From an uncultured Chloroflexia bacterium (GTDB taxonomy: Bacteria; Chloroflexota; Anaerolineae; B4-G1; SLSP01): a DNA stretch of 64,000 bases. The notes beneath the pieces were generated by a model. That model was not told the origin of the DNA. It saw only the letters and a program-made list of their open reading frames with translations, and did not search any database. A program made the position numbers and the translations under genes. The stretch spans positions 352,001 to 416,000 of the forward strand of contig CAVVUS010000030.1 in NCBI GenBank assembly GCA_963751345.1, written 5' to 3'. This document shows positions 10,472 to 22,269 of the stretch, one piece after another. How positions within the stretch are numbered: the stretch's first letter is position 1; each line of letters starts with the position of its first letter.

Positions 10472-10490
10472 GGTATCCTCCCTTAGTGAG

Positions 10491-10530
10491 AAACGTTCGA
10501 ACGTTTTAACGTCAAAACGTTCGAACGTTT
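10491..10530. repeat. Short tandem octamer repeat
   Basis: aaacgttcgaacgttttaacgtcaaaacgttcgaacgttt. Confidence 0.7.
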
Positions 10531-10551
10531 CTCCGATCCTAATCTTGAACG

Positions 10552-11662
10552 TTAGTCAGCCTGGACAGGAACTTCGTGCCCGACCTCGGCCGACTTGTAG
10601 AGGGCATCCAGTCGCCTTGATGACGTTGAGCACCTCTGCCCGCTTGACGATCTTCTCCTCCTCGCCACGCAGCACGCGAACCACGTGCTGCATATAAAGG
10701 AAGTGTCCGGAGAATGCCTTGCCGGGGTCGGAGGGGATGTGAGGCACGGAGTCCGACATGTAGTGACCCTGGTTGGCGATATAGCGAAGCGGGTCGAACA
10801 TCAGGCCACCCTTGGTGCCGAGGATGAAGGTGCTGCCCGCACCTTGCTCGACGTTGGCAGCCCAGGAGGTGCGCAGCACCAGCGAGCCACCATTCTCCAT
10901 GCGCATATAGCCGGAGGCGAAGTCCTCAACATCGAACTCGTGATAGTCATAGGGACGGGGCTCGATCAACAGGCCCGCATCGGCGCCACTCTCGCCCAGC
11001 GAGGTGACGAGGTCCTCATCCTTGTTTCCGAACTTGGTGACCGTCTGGCCGCTCACAGCTGTGACCTTGGGGTTCCCCATGACCCAGATGAGCATATCCA
11101 GCGCGTGCACACCGATGTCGTAGACGGGACCACCGGCGTTTTCCGCCTTGATGTGGAAGACGCCCCACTTCGGGATACCACGGCGGCGAATGGTCGCCGT
11201 CTCGGCGTAGTACATGTCGCCCAGCATGCCCGCTTCCGCATAGGCCTTGGCTGCAAAGGAGGAGCCGCTGAAGCGCGCGGTCTGCGTGATGAAGAGCTCG
11301 CGTCCCACGGACTCGGCGACGTCAAACATCTCCTTGGCATCGTTGTAGCCGGGCGCGATGGGTTTCTCGCAGCAGACGTTCGCTCCCGCCTTCAGTGCGG
11401 CGATCGTGATCGGCTTGTGGTAGCAGTTGGGCGTACAAACAGAGACGATGTCCGGCTGGATCTCATCAAGCATCTTCTGCCAGTCACCGTAGTGATTCGG
11501 AACGTTAAATCCGGCGGCCACCTGCTCTGCCCGCTCCGGCAGAATATCAGCGGTGGCAACCAACTCGACATCCTTCGTCAACGACGCCCACGACGGTGCG
11601 TGTGCGGTGCTACCAATCATACCCGTCCCAATGATCGCAACGCGGAACTTCTTAGCCATCAT
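10552..11662 (-). CDS. Gfo/Idh/MocA family oxidoreductase (frameshift near 10607)
   Basis: IIGTGMIG, CEKP and GGPVYDIGVH motifs. An alternate frame gives the expected end DALYKSAEVGHEV with a stop at 10552. Confidence 0.88.
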
Positions 11663-11694
11663 AGCCTCCTAGTGAGTTACTGAAACGATGATCC

Positions 11695-11760
11695 ATGCGG
11701 GCGCAAGGTGTTGCGCCCCGCCTTCAATCCGTACGGGCGCAGCATGCTGCGCCCCTACCC
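11695..11760. repeat. REP-like palindromes
   Basis: gcgggcgcaaggtgttgcgccccgc and gtacgggcgcagcatgctgcgcccctac (GTAG-type REP). Confidence 0.6.
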
Positions 11761-11773
11761 ATTGCCGATTCTA

Positions 11774-12996
11774 TCACAGCATCGTGTTCAATCCCAATTC
11801 AACCGCCGCCTCGCTCTGGTTCTGGACAGCCGTGCTCTCCGCGAAAAGCGTTGCCGACAATCGAGGCCGCGATCAGGCCCTCATGCAGCGCCACCGCCGT
11901 CCCGGGGGCTTCCGCCGCCTGAGGTGTCGCCGCGAAGTCGCAGCCGTTGACGATCAGCCGGCCTCCATCTGCCGTCACACATGGGGCCCCGATGTTGTCG
12001 GCATCCCAGCGGGTGAAGTGACACCCGTTCAAGATCAGGGTGCTTGGCCCTTGCTTGACGACGTGCGACTGCGTCTCCGGCGTACCCCAGAAGCCGCAGT
12101 TCGTGAACTTGACCGGCCCCTCATTGGCCTCACCGATCTCGACGGTGGCCATGAACTGCCCATTGACGAACTGGACGCCCGCGTGGCTTTGCGAACGATC
12201 CACTCGGACGGCCACGGGGCAGATGTCGCTCCCGGATTGGGTAACCACTGCGTTACCCGGTCCATACCCGAAGTCATCGAAGTGGAAGCCGATCTTGGGA
12301 AAGATGACGAAGCTGTTGGTGATGTACTCCCAGTCGGTCTTGCCGATCTTGAACCCGATGAGATTCGCCTCCAGATATTCCTTGAAGCCGGGCCTTGTGA
12401 CAGGATCACCGAGGTCGGGCGACATCCGCGCCCAGAAGTTGGGATTGAAGTGAACATTTTCCAGCCGCCCGATATCCGTGCACCGGTCGACATAGACACC
12501 GATATTGAGCGGGCATGCAAAGACATTCCGTACGGTATGGAGCTCGTTCCAGCACGTACCCAGATCCAGCGCGCGGTATGGATTCGTGAGGGTGACATCC
12601 GCGATCTGGCAGAGCTCGCCGTCCACACGTATGCTCCAGGGATAGGCCGCCACCTCAGGGATCGATTGCTCGGGGTAGTGGATGATGAGATTGCGGACAA
12701 CGCCATTGGGCTTGAGGGTGATCAAGAGGATCACCCTCAGGCATATCACGACCTCCATAAGCGAGCAGCACCGTGCCAATCGGATGTTCCGAGTGAGGCA
12801 CCCCACCGGAAGCACCGGCAAGCGTCACACCAGGTGGTACGACGAGCGCGCCATCGATCCGGTACTTTCCCGGTGGAAGATAACAGATCGGCGGACCGCT
12901 CTCCGCAACAGCCAGGGCCTCCAGCAGAGCCCCCGTGTCATCGGCCTTCCCATCCCCGATGGCGCCAAAGTCTGCGGCATTCACGAAATCCAACAC
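11774..12996 (-). CDS. Pectate_lyase_3/GH28-like right-handed beta-helix protein (frameshifts near 12722 and 11840)
   Basis: N-terminal VNAADFGAIGDGKADDTGAL...YLPPGKYRI motif, continuing in ORF 11799-12821. Confidence 0.8.
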
Positions 12997-13025
12997 GACG
13001 CTGCCTCCCGCCTACGGCTGATAAA

Positions 13026-14090
13026 CTAGATCTCAGGTACGCTGACCTCGATCTCGTGCCCCACGGCGGCCGAATCCACCAGTCCCTGCATGATGACGTT
13101 CGTCAACAGCAGTTCTTCTGCCGGGATCGGTGAGGGCAGGCCCTCCCGGATAGCCTTGGCGAAGTCCAGGTTTTCGCGGCGGAATTGGTCGATGGGCTCG
13201 GTCGGCTGGTAGTTCACGGGCTGCGTGTCGGTGAGCATCCCGAACTCCCACCGGTAGATCGTCAGCGGGTGAAGCTTCATCCCGGCCTGCGTGCCCAGCA
13301 GGAAGGGAGCGCCACCACCACTCAGGTGCGAGATCCAGGCTGCCTTAAAGGTCACGACGGCGCCCGTGTCGAACCGAACCCAGGCGGCACCGAAGTCCTC
13401 GACGCTCAGTTTCTCGGGCGAGAAATCGCCCCCATGGTGATGCGCGCCGAAGATCGGGGAGTAGCTCTTGCCGAGGTAGTTATTGGCCACACCTGACACC
13501 GCGACGGGCTTGGGGTGGTGCATCAGGCAGAGTGTCGCATCGAGGCTATAGACGCCCCAGTCACCGACGACACCGATACCCGCGGTCTCCTTGGTGATGA
13601 AGCTGCCGCCGGGCAATCCCAGGCGACCGAACCCACCACTCTCACCGTAGTAGATATCACCCAGCACGCCGGAGTCGGCAATCGTCTGCGCGACGATCCG
13701 GTCGTCCCCATAGCGCGCCTTGAGCCCGACCATGAGCAACTTGTCGCTCTTCTTCGCGGCGCGGGTAATGGCCACCGCGTCGTCGAGCGTCGCCGCCATC
13801 GGCTTCTCGACGAGCACATTCTTGCCGGCCTCGAGCGCATAGATGGAAGGAGCAGCGTGCGCCTCATTCCAGGTGAGGACGGAGACGGACTCCACGTCCT
13901 CCTTGTCGATCATCTCTTTGTAATCCACGTAAGTGTGCGGGATACCAAACTCGGCCGCACGATTCTCAGCACGCTCGGGAACGATATCGGCAATGGCGAC
14001 GACCTTGATTTCATCGACGGTCGAGAGCGCCTGCAGATGCGCGCCGGAGATCGCGCCCGCGCCGACGATGGCAATTCTCAGGGGATCCAT
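13026..14090 (-). CDS. Gfo/Idh/MocA family oxidoreductase
   Basis: Start MDPLRIAIVGAGAIS after the RBS GAGGAGG; EKPMA and GDWGVY motifs. Confidence 0.9.
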   Translation of the reverse strand: MDPLRIAIVGAGAISGAHLQALSTVDEIKVVAIADIVPERAENRAAEFGIPHTYVDYKEMIDKEDVESVSVLTWNEAHAAPSIYALEAGKNVLVEKPMAATLDDAVAITRAAKKSDKLLMVGLKARYGDDRIVAQTIADSGVLGDIYYGESGGFGRLGLPGGSFITKETAGIGVVGDWGVYSLDATLCLMHHPKPVAVSGVANNYLGKSYSPIFGAHHHGGDFSPEKLSVEDFGAAWVRFDTGAVVTFKAAWISHLSGGGAPFLLGTQAGMKLHPLTIYRWEFGMLTDTQPVNYQPTEPIDQFRRENLDFAKAIREGLPSPIPAEELLLTNVIMQGLVDSAAVGHEIEVSVPEI

Positions 14091-14238
14091 ATACAGCCTC
14101 CTCGATGTAAGCAGTGTTGGTATCTGCCAGGGCCGACGTTGGTTCAGCTGCGCCATAGGTCGGCCCTGACGATCTTTGCCAGATTCTGTTAGCACCCTGC
14201 GCCAGGTTTCGAAACCTGGCACAGGTTAGACATGCTTC

Positions 14239-15234
14239 CTAGAAAGTGACCTGGCGTCCTTCGCGAGAGGCCTGATACGACCGCTCGAGCATCTCGGTCA
14301 GGTTGCGGCCATCCTCGACGGTGATCGTCATTTCCGTACCGTGCAGGATCGCGCTGATCCACTGATCCATCGGCATCGGAAGCGACTCCGGCATCCTCGC
14401 CGGCGTGATGTAGCCCCGGATCCCGCCGGTGTCCAGATCGGTGGAGCTCAGGGTCAACCCACCGGAGTCACGCCCAACGTAGCCCTTGGTGCCGCGAATC
14501 TCCATCGGGTTGGGGCCGGAGCGCTGGACCCACGACGTATCGAGGACGCCCAGGGCACCACTCTCGAACTCCACGACGATCACGGAGTTGTCGTCGATGG
14601 GATAGGCGCCGGAGAAGTTGTTGATCTTGGCGACCACGCTCTTGGGCTTTCCCATGAACCAGCGCATCACGTCCACGGTGTGGCAACCAAGATCGAAGAG
14701 CGCACCACCGCCCGCCAACTCTGCATCGGCGAACCAGGCGCTGCCATCGTGGAACCAGGCGTCGAGCGCAGCGTTGTGCGCGACGCGCGCGCGCATGAAC
14801 GTGACGTCGCCAAGCCAACCCTTGTCCAGGACATCCTTCATGAAGAGCGTCTCGCCGCGGGTGCGGCTGGGCAGCGAGATCATGAACTTGATGCCGCTGT
14901 CGTTGACGGCCTTCACGATCTCGTCGGCGTCCGTGGTCTTGACGCACAGGGCCTTCTCGGTGAAGATGTGCTTACCATACTTCAGCGCGGTCTTCATGAC
15001 CCAGGGGTGCTGGCTGGTGTAGGCGTTGACGACGACGGCGTCTACATCATCGCGGCTGACAACCTTCTCCAGATCCATCTCGTAGGGAACGCCAAAGCGC
15101 TCGGTCGCGGCCTCACCTCGGCCCTTGTCATCCTCCCAGAGCGCGACGATCTCGGCCTCCGGATGATCCACAACGTGCTGTGCATAGCCATTGGCATGCA
15201 CGTGAGCCATACTGAGCATTGCAACGCGTAACAT
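14239..15234 (-). CDS. Gfo/Idh/MocA family oxidoreductase
   Basis: HVHANGY, TEKAL and GGGALFDLGCH motifs. Confidence 0.9.
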   Translation of the reverse strand: MLRVAMLSMAHVHANGYAQHVVDHPEAEIVALWEDDKGRGEAATERFGVPYEMDLEKVVSRDDVDAVVVNAYTSQHPWVMKTALKYGKHIFTEKALCVKTTDADEIVKAVNDSGIKFMISLPSRTRGETLFMKDVLDKGWLGDVTFMRARVAHNAALDAWFHDGSAWFADAELAGGGALFDLGCHTVDVMRWFMGKPKSVVAKINNFSGAYPIDDNSVIVVEFESGALGVLDTSWVQRSGPNPMEIRGTKGYVGRDSGGLTLSSTDLDTGGIRGYITPARMPESLPMPMDQWISAILHGTEMTITVEDGRNLTEMLERSYQASREGRQVTF

Positions 15235-15314
15235 TGTTAGTCTCCTTGTAGTGCCTTAGTGTGTGAACGTTTCTTCTTTGATCTCAGCGCACCGGCGGCA
15301 TCGCCGGCAGCGCA

Positions 15315-16983
15315 TCAACCCAACCGAATCGGACATAGGCAGAAAAGACACGGTCCACGAATGCCTAGTCCCCGAGACACGGGAGTCCCGAAGTTCTCCC
15401 GTAAAAGGACGACGAACTCTTCTGCAGTGACGACCCGGGTATGGGGCGGCAGGAGGTCGATGGTGCGTTTGACGGCCTCCATGGGCCCGCCGATCTCCTC
15501 GAACGACCAGGCATGCACGTTGATCAGCGCGTAGCTGTCGGGATCGGTCTGCGGTGAAGCCGGTAAACCTGCGATGGCCTCAGCCACGCCCTCAGGGCTG
15601 TTCTTTGCCAGCGGCTCCCAAAGCAGATAGCGATAGGAGACGCAGGGCTTGCCCTCGTACCAGGTAGATGCGGCCCTCTTTGGCGTTGTAGGGCGAGTAG
15701 TCCTTGTAGATCACGCCCATGATCCCCGGCTGCGCGAGCAGCTCAGCGCTCTGTTCCATACCACCGCCTGAGTTCAGCATCGTGGCGATGGTCAGGTCGC
15801 CGGCCTGCATTGCAGCCGCCGTGCGCTCGGCAAAGGTCTCACGGTTGGGCAGGTAGCTATGATACGCGTACCCGATACCGCTGGGGCCTGTGACGAAGTC
15901 GTCGATGGTGCGGCCATGACTGGCCGTTTGGTAGAAGTGCGCCAGCGTGCGCGGGGCCACCTCCGCGAGCAGAGGCGCCATCTCCCACGTCATGTTGAAG
16001 GTGCCGCGATAGGGACTGGCCCAGAATCCCTCGGAGGTGACGAACTGCCCTCCCATCCACTGGATATTATCCCCATCGCTCATCACGAAGGCAATAATGC
16101 GCTCCCCTTCCTTAGCCGGACGAACGGAAGGGTGAGGCCGTTCGGGCAGCGTTGCAGGCAACCGCTGGAGCACGGAGAGATTGCGCGACCAGTCCGCAGG
16201 AATGCCTGCGCCACCTTCGCTGCTCACCTGTTGGATCCAGGCATGCTCGTCGCCCCCCCAGCCGAAGACCGTAAGGTCCGAGCCCAGGGCATGCGCGATT
16301 CGCATATGGTTGTCGGGGTCAACGCCATAGAGGGTGAAGGCGTCACGGGAAACGGCGAAGTCGCGCAAGTGAGCGTTCTTGGATTCAGCCTGCTCGACCA
16401 TGACCGTGCCGAGAAGCCCGGCTTCGCCAGAAGAGGCAAACATCTCGCTATACGTATCAAAGGCCTCGACCTCATCCATGCCGCGTGCGTCGGCCAGCAC
16501 CGCCAAACCCGCCGCCTTGGCCTGGTCCTGGAGCGAAGTGTCGATCGCGACGGCCCTCAGCGGGCCACAGAGCGACGTTGCGACATTGATGCTGTCAGTG
16601 CCCAGATCGTAGAGCACACTGCCTGCGACAGCCTCTCGGAACTCGTCCAAGAGATCCCACACGGAACCCGCCTCGCGAATGTTGATACCTTCCTCTTTCA
16701 GATCCGCCAGGATGAGGGCATTCATCCCCACATCCTTAATCCAGATTGCACTGGACCCATCCGCCACGAGTCCCTGCAAAGTGAGAACTAGCGTCTGCTC
16801 CGCCGAACTAAGTGCATCCGGGTCAACGACCCAGAGCGTCTCGAGACCCGAAGGCGGAAAAGTCACAGGAATCGGGGTTGGGTTACACCCCGTCAAGAGC
16901 ATCGTGCACAGCCCCAGACAGCTGAAAACCCAACCCCAAGCTGACATCACGTCTGACATCACGTTCCCAACCGGTAAGCTCAT
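15315..16983 (-). CDS. GxGYxYP-family lipoprotein (frameshift near 15660)
   Basis: LLTGC lipobox; LTLQGLV, MSDGDNIQW and GPSGIGYAY motifs; C-terminal INVHAWS segment in ORF 15315-15587. Confidence 0.78.
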
Positions 16984-18030
16984 ACCTCGGGAACGGACAC
17001 CTCCACCTCACGACCCGCCGCCGCCGAGTCGATCAGACCCTGGATGATGACGTTGGTGATCAGCATCTCATCCGCCGGAATCGGCGAGGGCGTGCCATTC
17101 CAGATCGCCTCAGCGAAGGCCATATTCTTCGCCAGGAAGAGATCCTCATCCCGCCGCATGCCCGGCTGCGGGGTGATATCGACGAGGCGGCTGTAATTAT
17201 GGGTGAAGAGGGTCAGGGGGTTCATCTTCATCCCCGCCTTGGTCCCCAGAATCAGATTGCTGCCGAGCGAGTCCATATGCATGATCCACGAGGTCTTGAA
17301 GACCATCAGCGCGCCGTTCTCAAAGCGCACCGACGCGACCCCAAAGTCCTCAACGCTCAGATCCTCGGGCACCCACTGCCAGCAGCCCTCAACAGGAGTG
17401 TGTGACTTACCGAGCAGGTTGTTGGCGATGCCGGAGACGGCCACCGGCTTCGGATGCCCCATCAGGTGAAGCACCTCATCCAACGCATAGACACCGATAT
17501 CGGCTACGGTCCCGATGCCGGCGGTTTCCGCGCGGATGAAGCTGCCTCCGGGAATGCCGCAGCGGCGGCATGCCACGGCTTCAGCATAATAGATGTCACC
17601 GAGCGTACCGGCGTCGACGATGCCCTTCGCGGTCTTGCGGGCAAAGCCGAAGCGCGGCTGGACGCCGACCATCAAGATCAGCCCGGTCTCGTGGGCGGCC
17701 TTCGTCATCTTGGTGGCATCGACAAGCGTGGCGGCCATCGGCTTCTCGACCAACACGTGCTTCCCTGCGTGAAGCGCGTCCACCGCGGGTGCGCAGTGCG
17801 CCTGGTTCCAGGTACAAATGCTCACGGCCTCAACTTCGTCCATCTCGAGGATCTTGTTATAGTCCGTGAAGACCAGGGGAACGCCGTAGGTGTCAGCGGT
17901 CCGCTGGGCCTTCTCCTCGACAAGATCGCAGACGGCAACGACCTCGAATTTCGTCCGTCTTCGCAAGCGCCTTCATATGCGTCTGCGCAATGCCACCAGT
18001 CCCAATCAATCCGATCTTTAGCGGTTTCAT
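16980..18030 (-). CDS. Gfo/Idh/MocA family oxidoreductase (frameshift near 17950)
   Basis: True start MKPLKIGLIGTGGIAQTH at 18030 lies in another frame; EKPMA and ADIGVY motifs; paralog of 13026-14090. Confidence 0.88.
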
Positions 18031-18074
18031 CGAACTCCAGCCTCCATTTCATCTGCGCTATCGTTGTTGAAAAA

Positions 18075-18119
18075 AACAGCCTACAGGAACTGGGTTCACA
18101 CCCGTTTCTGTAGGCTGTC
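18075..18119. terminator. Stem-loop between the transporter and oxidoreductase genes
   Basis: acagcctacagga...tctgtaggctgt next to an A-run (U-tract on the minus strand). Confidence 0.55.
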
Positions 18120-18153
18120 TGCTACCTAATTGAAGCTCTTTCTCAGCAAGACG

Positions 18154-19217
18154 TTAGTCCTCGGCTCCCACAGCTTGCCGGCGTCTCGCCGCCTGAGTCT
18201 CGGCCACGGGCTCTCGCACGGGGCGATCCTGATGCAGGAAGCATGCCGCGTAGTGGCCTTCCTCTACCTCAAAGTCGGGCGGCCGCTTCTCGGAGCAGAT
18301 CGGCATAGCATACGGGCACCGCTCAACGTAGACACACTTGTTGCCCTCGTGGGTCAGCGGTCGATCGGTGATCTTCACGTTCGCGCGACGTCTGCCAACG
18401 CTCCGTCGGATCGGGCGAGGGAATAGCTTTCAGCAACTGCTGGGTATAGGGATGCGAAGGCTTATCCAGCAGTTGGTCGATGATCCCTGACTCCACGACC
18501 CGGCCGAAGCACAGCACCAACATCGGGCCACCCATATAGTAGGCGGTCGCCAGGTGGTGTGTGATGAACAGACAGGAGATGTCGTACTTATCCCGGAAGT
18601 CCAGCAGGATGTTCAGGAAGAGCGCGCGCACGGCGACATCGATCATCGAGACCGGCTCGTCTGCGATAATGATCTTGGGGCGCAGCAACAAGGTGCGCGC
18701 CAACATCACGCGCTGGCACTGGCCGCCACTGAGCTGGTGCGGGTATCGCCCGATGACGTCATCGGGCTGCAGATCGACACCACGCAGCGCCTCTGTCTTG
18801 AGAGCCAGCGACTCCTCCGCCGAAGAGGCCAGATCAAAGTTCTTGATCGTCATATCCAAGACCCGATCGATGCGATAGAAGGGGTTGTAGATGCTGAACG
18901 GATCCTGGAAGATGGGCTGCACGTTGCGGCGGAAGTCCCACCACTCACTCTTGGTCAACTCGGTGGTCAGCTTACCGCGGAAGAGCACCTGCCCGATGGT
19001 CGGGGGCGTCAACCCCAGCAGCATACGGGCCAGCGTCGTCTTTCCACTGCCACTCTCGCCGACCAACGACACGATCCGGGCAGGTTTCTCGTGCAGGGCA
19101 AGAGAGACCTGGTCCACAGCGGCGATGTACTCTCGCTCGAACCCTGGGGTGGGGATACTGAAAATCTTCGAGACATTGCGAGCTTCGAGAACAGTTCTGA
19201 TTGTCTAGCGTATTCAT
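18154..19217 (-). CDS. Oligopeptide/oligosaccharide ABC transporter ATPase, OppF-like (frameshifted)
   Basis: GESGSGKT, LSGGQCQR and ADEPVS motifs; C-terminal CVYVERCP...C domain in ORF 18154-18378. Confidence 0.85.
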
Positions 19218-20341
19218 TTCTTACTAAACTCCTCGGAAGCTGCGACCCATCCATCTTCTGAGAGACGCGTGTCCATATGCGTCGCCTGAGTCACGTCTTC
19301 AGACATCGGGTTGGGGTAGAGATGACAGGCAACCCGTCGCCCCGGGGCCACTTCCAACATTGGAGGTAGTTCGTGTCGACAGACCTCCATCACGTAAGGG
19401 CAACGCGGGTGGAAACGACAGCCCGGCGGCCAATCCAACGGGCTGGGCGCATGGCCGGGGATACCGACCATCCTCTCACGATCCCCCCCAATCATAGGAA
19501 TGGAGGCGATCAAGCCCTGCGTGTAAGGATGCAGCGGCTCCTTGAACGTCTCGATCACCGGTGCGACCTCAACTATCAGCCCCGAATACATAATGCCCAT
19601 ACGATCCGCAAGCTCGGCGTGTACCGCCATATCGTGTGTCACGTAGATGAGCGTCAGCCCCAATTGGTTGGCGATTTCCTTCAACTCCTGCAGGATGACC
19701 TGCTGGACGTTGACGTCCAGCGCTGTGGTAGGCTCGTCAGCGATGATCAGACCGGGCTTCAGCGAGACCGCCGCTGCGATGGTCACGCGCTGCTTCATAC
19801 CGCCACTGAGCTCGTGAGGGTACATGCGCGCAACGGCCGGCTCAAGCCCCACCATATCCAGGCACTCGAACATCCGGTCGCGAGCCTGCTCCTTCGACAT
19901 ATCGCTGTGTTCGTAGATGGCGTCCAGGATCTGATGTTCCACACGATGGACCGGGCTCAGCACGTTCATCGCGCCCTGGGGAATGTAGGCGATATGCTTC
20001 CAAAGCATCTCGCGCATCCCCCGGGCCGAAAGCTTCAGCAGGTCGCGCCCGACGGACGTCGAGCCGGAGACGCGGCTATAGTAGATGACCTCGCCACTCT
20101 CGATGAAGCCGGGCAACTTGGTCATCCCCAGGAGGCCCCTGGCCAGCGTTGTCTTGCCACACCCCGACTCTCCGGCCAGGCCGAAGATCTCGTTGCGGTC
20201 AATGGTGACATCAACCCCATCGACAGCTTGGGCATTCCCGCGCGACGTCCGGTACCAGACACGCAGGTCTTTGATCTCCATCAGTACTTGCTCGTCGCCA
20301 GTCCGCTGGCGTGTTGTTGTTTCATTCATCGTCATAGACAT
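19214..20341 (-). CDS. ABC transporter ATPase, OppD-like
   Basis: GESGCGKT, LSGGMKQR, ADEPTTALD and GCRFHPRCP motifs. Confidence 0.92.
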   Translation of the reverse strand: MSMTMNETTTRQRTGDEQVLMEIKDLRVWYRTSRGNAQAVDGVDVTIDRNEIFGLAGESGCGKTTLARGLLGMTKLPGFIESGEVIYYSRVSGSTSVGRDLLKLSARGMREMLWKHIAYIPQGAMNVLSPVHRVEHQILDAIYEHSDMSKEQARDRMFECLDMVGLEPAVARMYPHELSGGMKQRVTIAAAVSLKPGLIIADEPTTALDVNVQQVILQELKEIANQLGLTLIYVTHDMAVHAELADRMGIMYSGLIVEVAPVIETFKEPLHPYTQGLIASIPMIGGDRERMVGIPGHAPSPLDWPPGCRFHPRCPYVMEVCRHELPPMLEVAPGRRVACHLYPNPMSEDVTQATHMDTRLSEDGWVAASEEFSKK

Positions 20342-20357
20342 GATCGCTTCTCCGTGG

Positions 20358-21224
20358 TCACTTGGTCACTTTCTGCAGACGCGGGTTGAGATACTCCTCC
20401 ATACCACGGTTGATCATGGTAATGGCCATAAAGATGAGAACCAAGGCCCCGACGGGGATCAGCAGGATCTCCATCCGCCCCATACTGTACACCCCCCATC
20501 CTTGGGCGTAGTTGATCATCAACCCCAGCGTGATAATGTTCGACGGCCCCAGGCCGATCGCTTCAATGCCTACCTCGGAGACCATTGCGCCGACGACACT
20601 GAAGGCAAAGCCCATCAGCAGGTAAGGCACCAGGTTGGGGAGAATCTCGGTGAAGATGATGGCGAAGTCGCCCTGCCCCGAGACCTTTGCCAACTCCACG
20701 TAGGGGCGCTCTTTCATCGTCATCACCTGCGCCCGGATCGTCCGGGCCGAGAACGGCCAACTGAAGAGAGCGAGAATGACGGCCATCGTTGCGACGATCA
20801 GCTCGGTCGTGACCATCGCGATAGCGACGAGGACCGGATAGGAGGGGATCACGATCAACATGTTGGTGAAGGTGAGCAGCACCGTGTCGATCAAGCCCCC
20901 CTCATAGGCCGAAAGGAACCCCACGGTAATACCGACGGCTGACGCGACACAACCGGCCAGGAAACCGATCAGGAGGGTCTTCTGCAAGCCGGCGAGGAAA
21001 TCCGCAAGCAGATCACGCCCGTGGCCATCGGTTCCCAGAGGATGACCCGGTCCCGCAGGCAGCCAGCGTCCGAACGCCCCAGGCCGCGCAGGGTTCACAT
21101 TCCCGATGATGGGCCTGTAGATCAATGGGGCGACCAGGGCCAGCACCACGAAAAAGGCGAGGACCAGCACCCCGAACTTGAACTTCCCGCTCGTGCGCCA
21201 ACAACTTCCTAGAAAACTCAGCAT
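20358..21224 (-). CDS. ABC transporter permease, OppC-like
   Basis: HPLGTDGHGRD motif, transmembrane helices, EAA-like loop. Confidence 0.9.
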   Translation of the reverse strand: MLSFLGSCWRTSGKFKFGVLVLAFFVVLALVAPLIYRPIIGNVNPARPGAFGRWLPAGPGHPLGTDGHGRDLLADFLAGLQKTLLIGFLAGCVASAVGITVGFLSAYEGGLIDTVLLTFTNMLIVIPSYPVLVAIAMVTTELIVATMAVILALFSWPFSARTIRAQVMTMKERPYVELAKVSGQGDFAIIFTEILPNLVPYLLMGFAFSVVGAMVSEVGIEAIGLGPSNIITLGLMINYAQGWGVYSMGRMEILLIPVGALVLIFMAITMINRGMEEYLNPRLQKVTK

Positions 21225-21234
21225 CCCACTCCTC

Positions 21235-22269
21235 CTACGCCTTGATGGCGGTCCGAACCCGCGGGTCAATTGCAGGCAACAGCAGGTCGACCAGCAGACT
21301 TGCCGTCATGACGCTGACGACCGATAGAATGATGATGCCCATCATCGTGTTGTAGTCAAAGATGGCGACCGCACGCCCCATCACCTGCCCCAGTCCCGGG
21401 AAGACGAACATGTTCTCGATCAGCAGTTGCCCGCTCATCATCGAACCCATGGTCAGCGCCAGCCCTGTGGCCTGTGGCAGCATCGCGTTGCGCAGGGCAT
21501 AACCGATCATGACTTTCCGCGGATTGATTCCCTTGGCCTCAGCGTAGAGCAGGTAGTCCTCGCCCATATTGCCGACCACCAGGGAGCGGGTGGACAGAAT
21601 CCAACCGGAGAGCGACACGATGATGATCGACAGGGCCGGCAGGAGGCTGTGTGAGACCACACTCTTGATGAAGTTCCAGTTCAACCCGATCTGGTACTGT
21701 GCATCAAACGCACCACGGGTAGGCAATAACTTCCACTGATAGCCTATGAAGAGGACCAGGAAGAGCGCGATCAAGTACGAGGGAATCTGCGATAGACCGA
21801 TGGAGATATTGGTGATCAGGCCGCTAGCCGACGTGTCGCGAAACCACGCCGCGATTGACCCGATCACCAGACCTAAGGTCCAGGAAATGATGATCGAGAC
21901 ACTCAACAGCCCGACCGTCCACGGAATGGCCGCCTTCATCAGGTCGATGACAGGCGTGGGGAAGTTGATAAAGGAAGGGCCCAGATCAAAGTGGACGAGG
22001 ACTTGGTACATGTACTTGTAATACTGCTTCCATAGGGAGCCCGTCATACCGAACTTCTCCCTATAGGCCTGGACCATCGCCTCGCCACCCTGGATTTTCA
22101 CCGAGTATGTCTTCTCCAACGACCTAATCCAGTTCTCGACCGGGTTGGCGGGGATCAGACGGAACATGAAGAACGTGATCGTCAACGCGCCGAAGATCGT
22201 GAGGAAATAGGCAAAGATCTTACTAGCATAATACGACAGAATCGGATACTTCCGGAGTATCTTAAACAT
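21235..22269 (-). CDS. ABC transporter permease, OppB-like
   Basis: FDLGPS, AEAKG...YALRNAMLP and ENMFVFPGLG motifs. Confidence 0.9.
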   Translation of the reverse strand: MFKILRKYPILSYYASKIFAYFLTIFGALTITFFMFRLIPANPVENWIRSLEKTYSVKIQGGEAMVQAYREKFGMTGSLWKQYYKYMYQVLVHFDLGPSFINFPTPVIDLMKAAIPWTVGLLSVSIIISWTLGLVIGSIAAWFRDTSASGLITNISIGLSQIPSYLIALFLVLFIGYQWKLLPTRGAFDAQYQIGLNWNFIKSVVSHSLLPALSIIIVSLSGWILSTRSLVVGNMGEDYLLYAEAKGINPRKVMIGYALRNAMLPQATGLALTMGSMMSGQLLIENMFVFPGLGQVMGRAVAIFDYNTMMGIIILSVVSVMTASLLVDLLLPAIDPRVRTAIKA

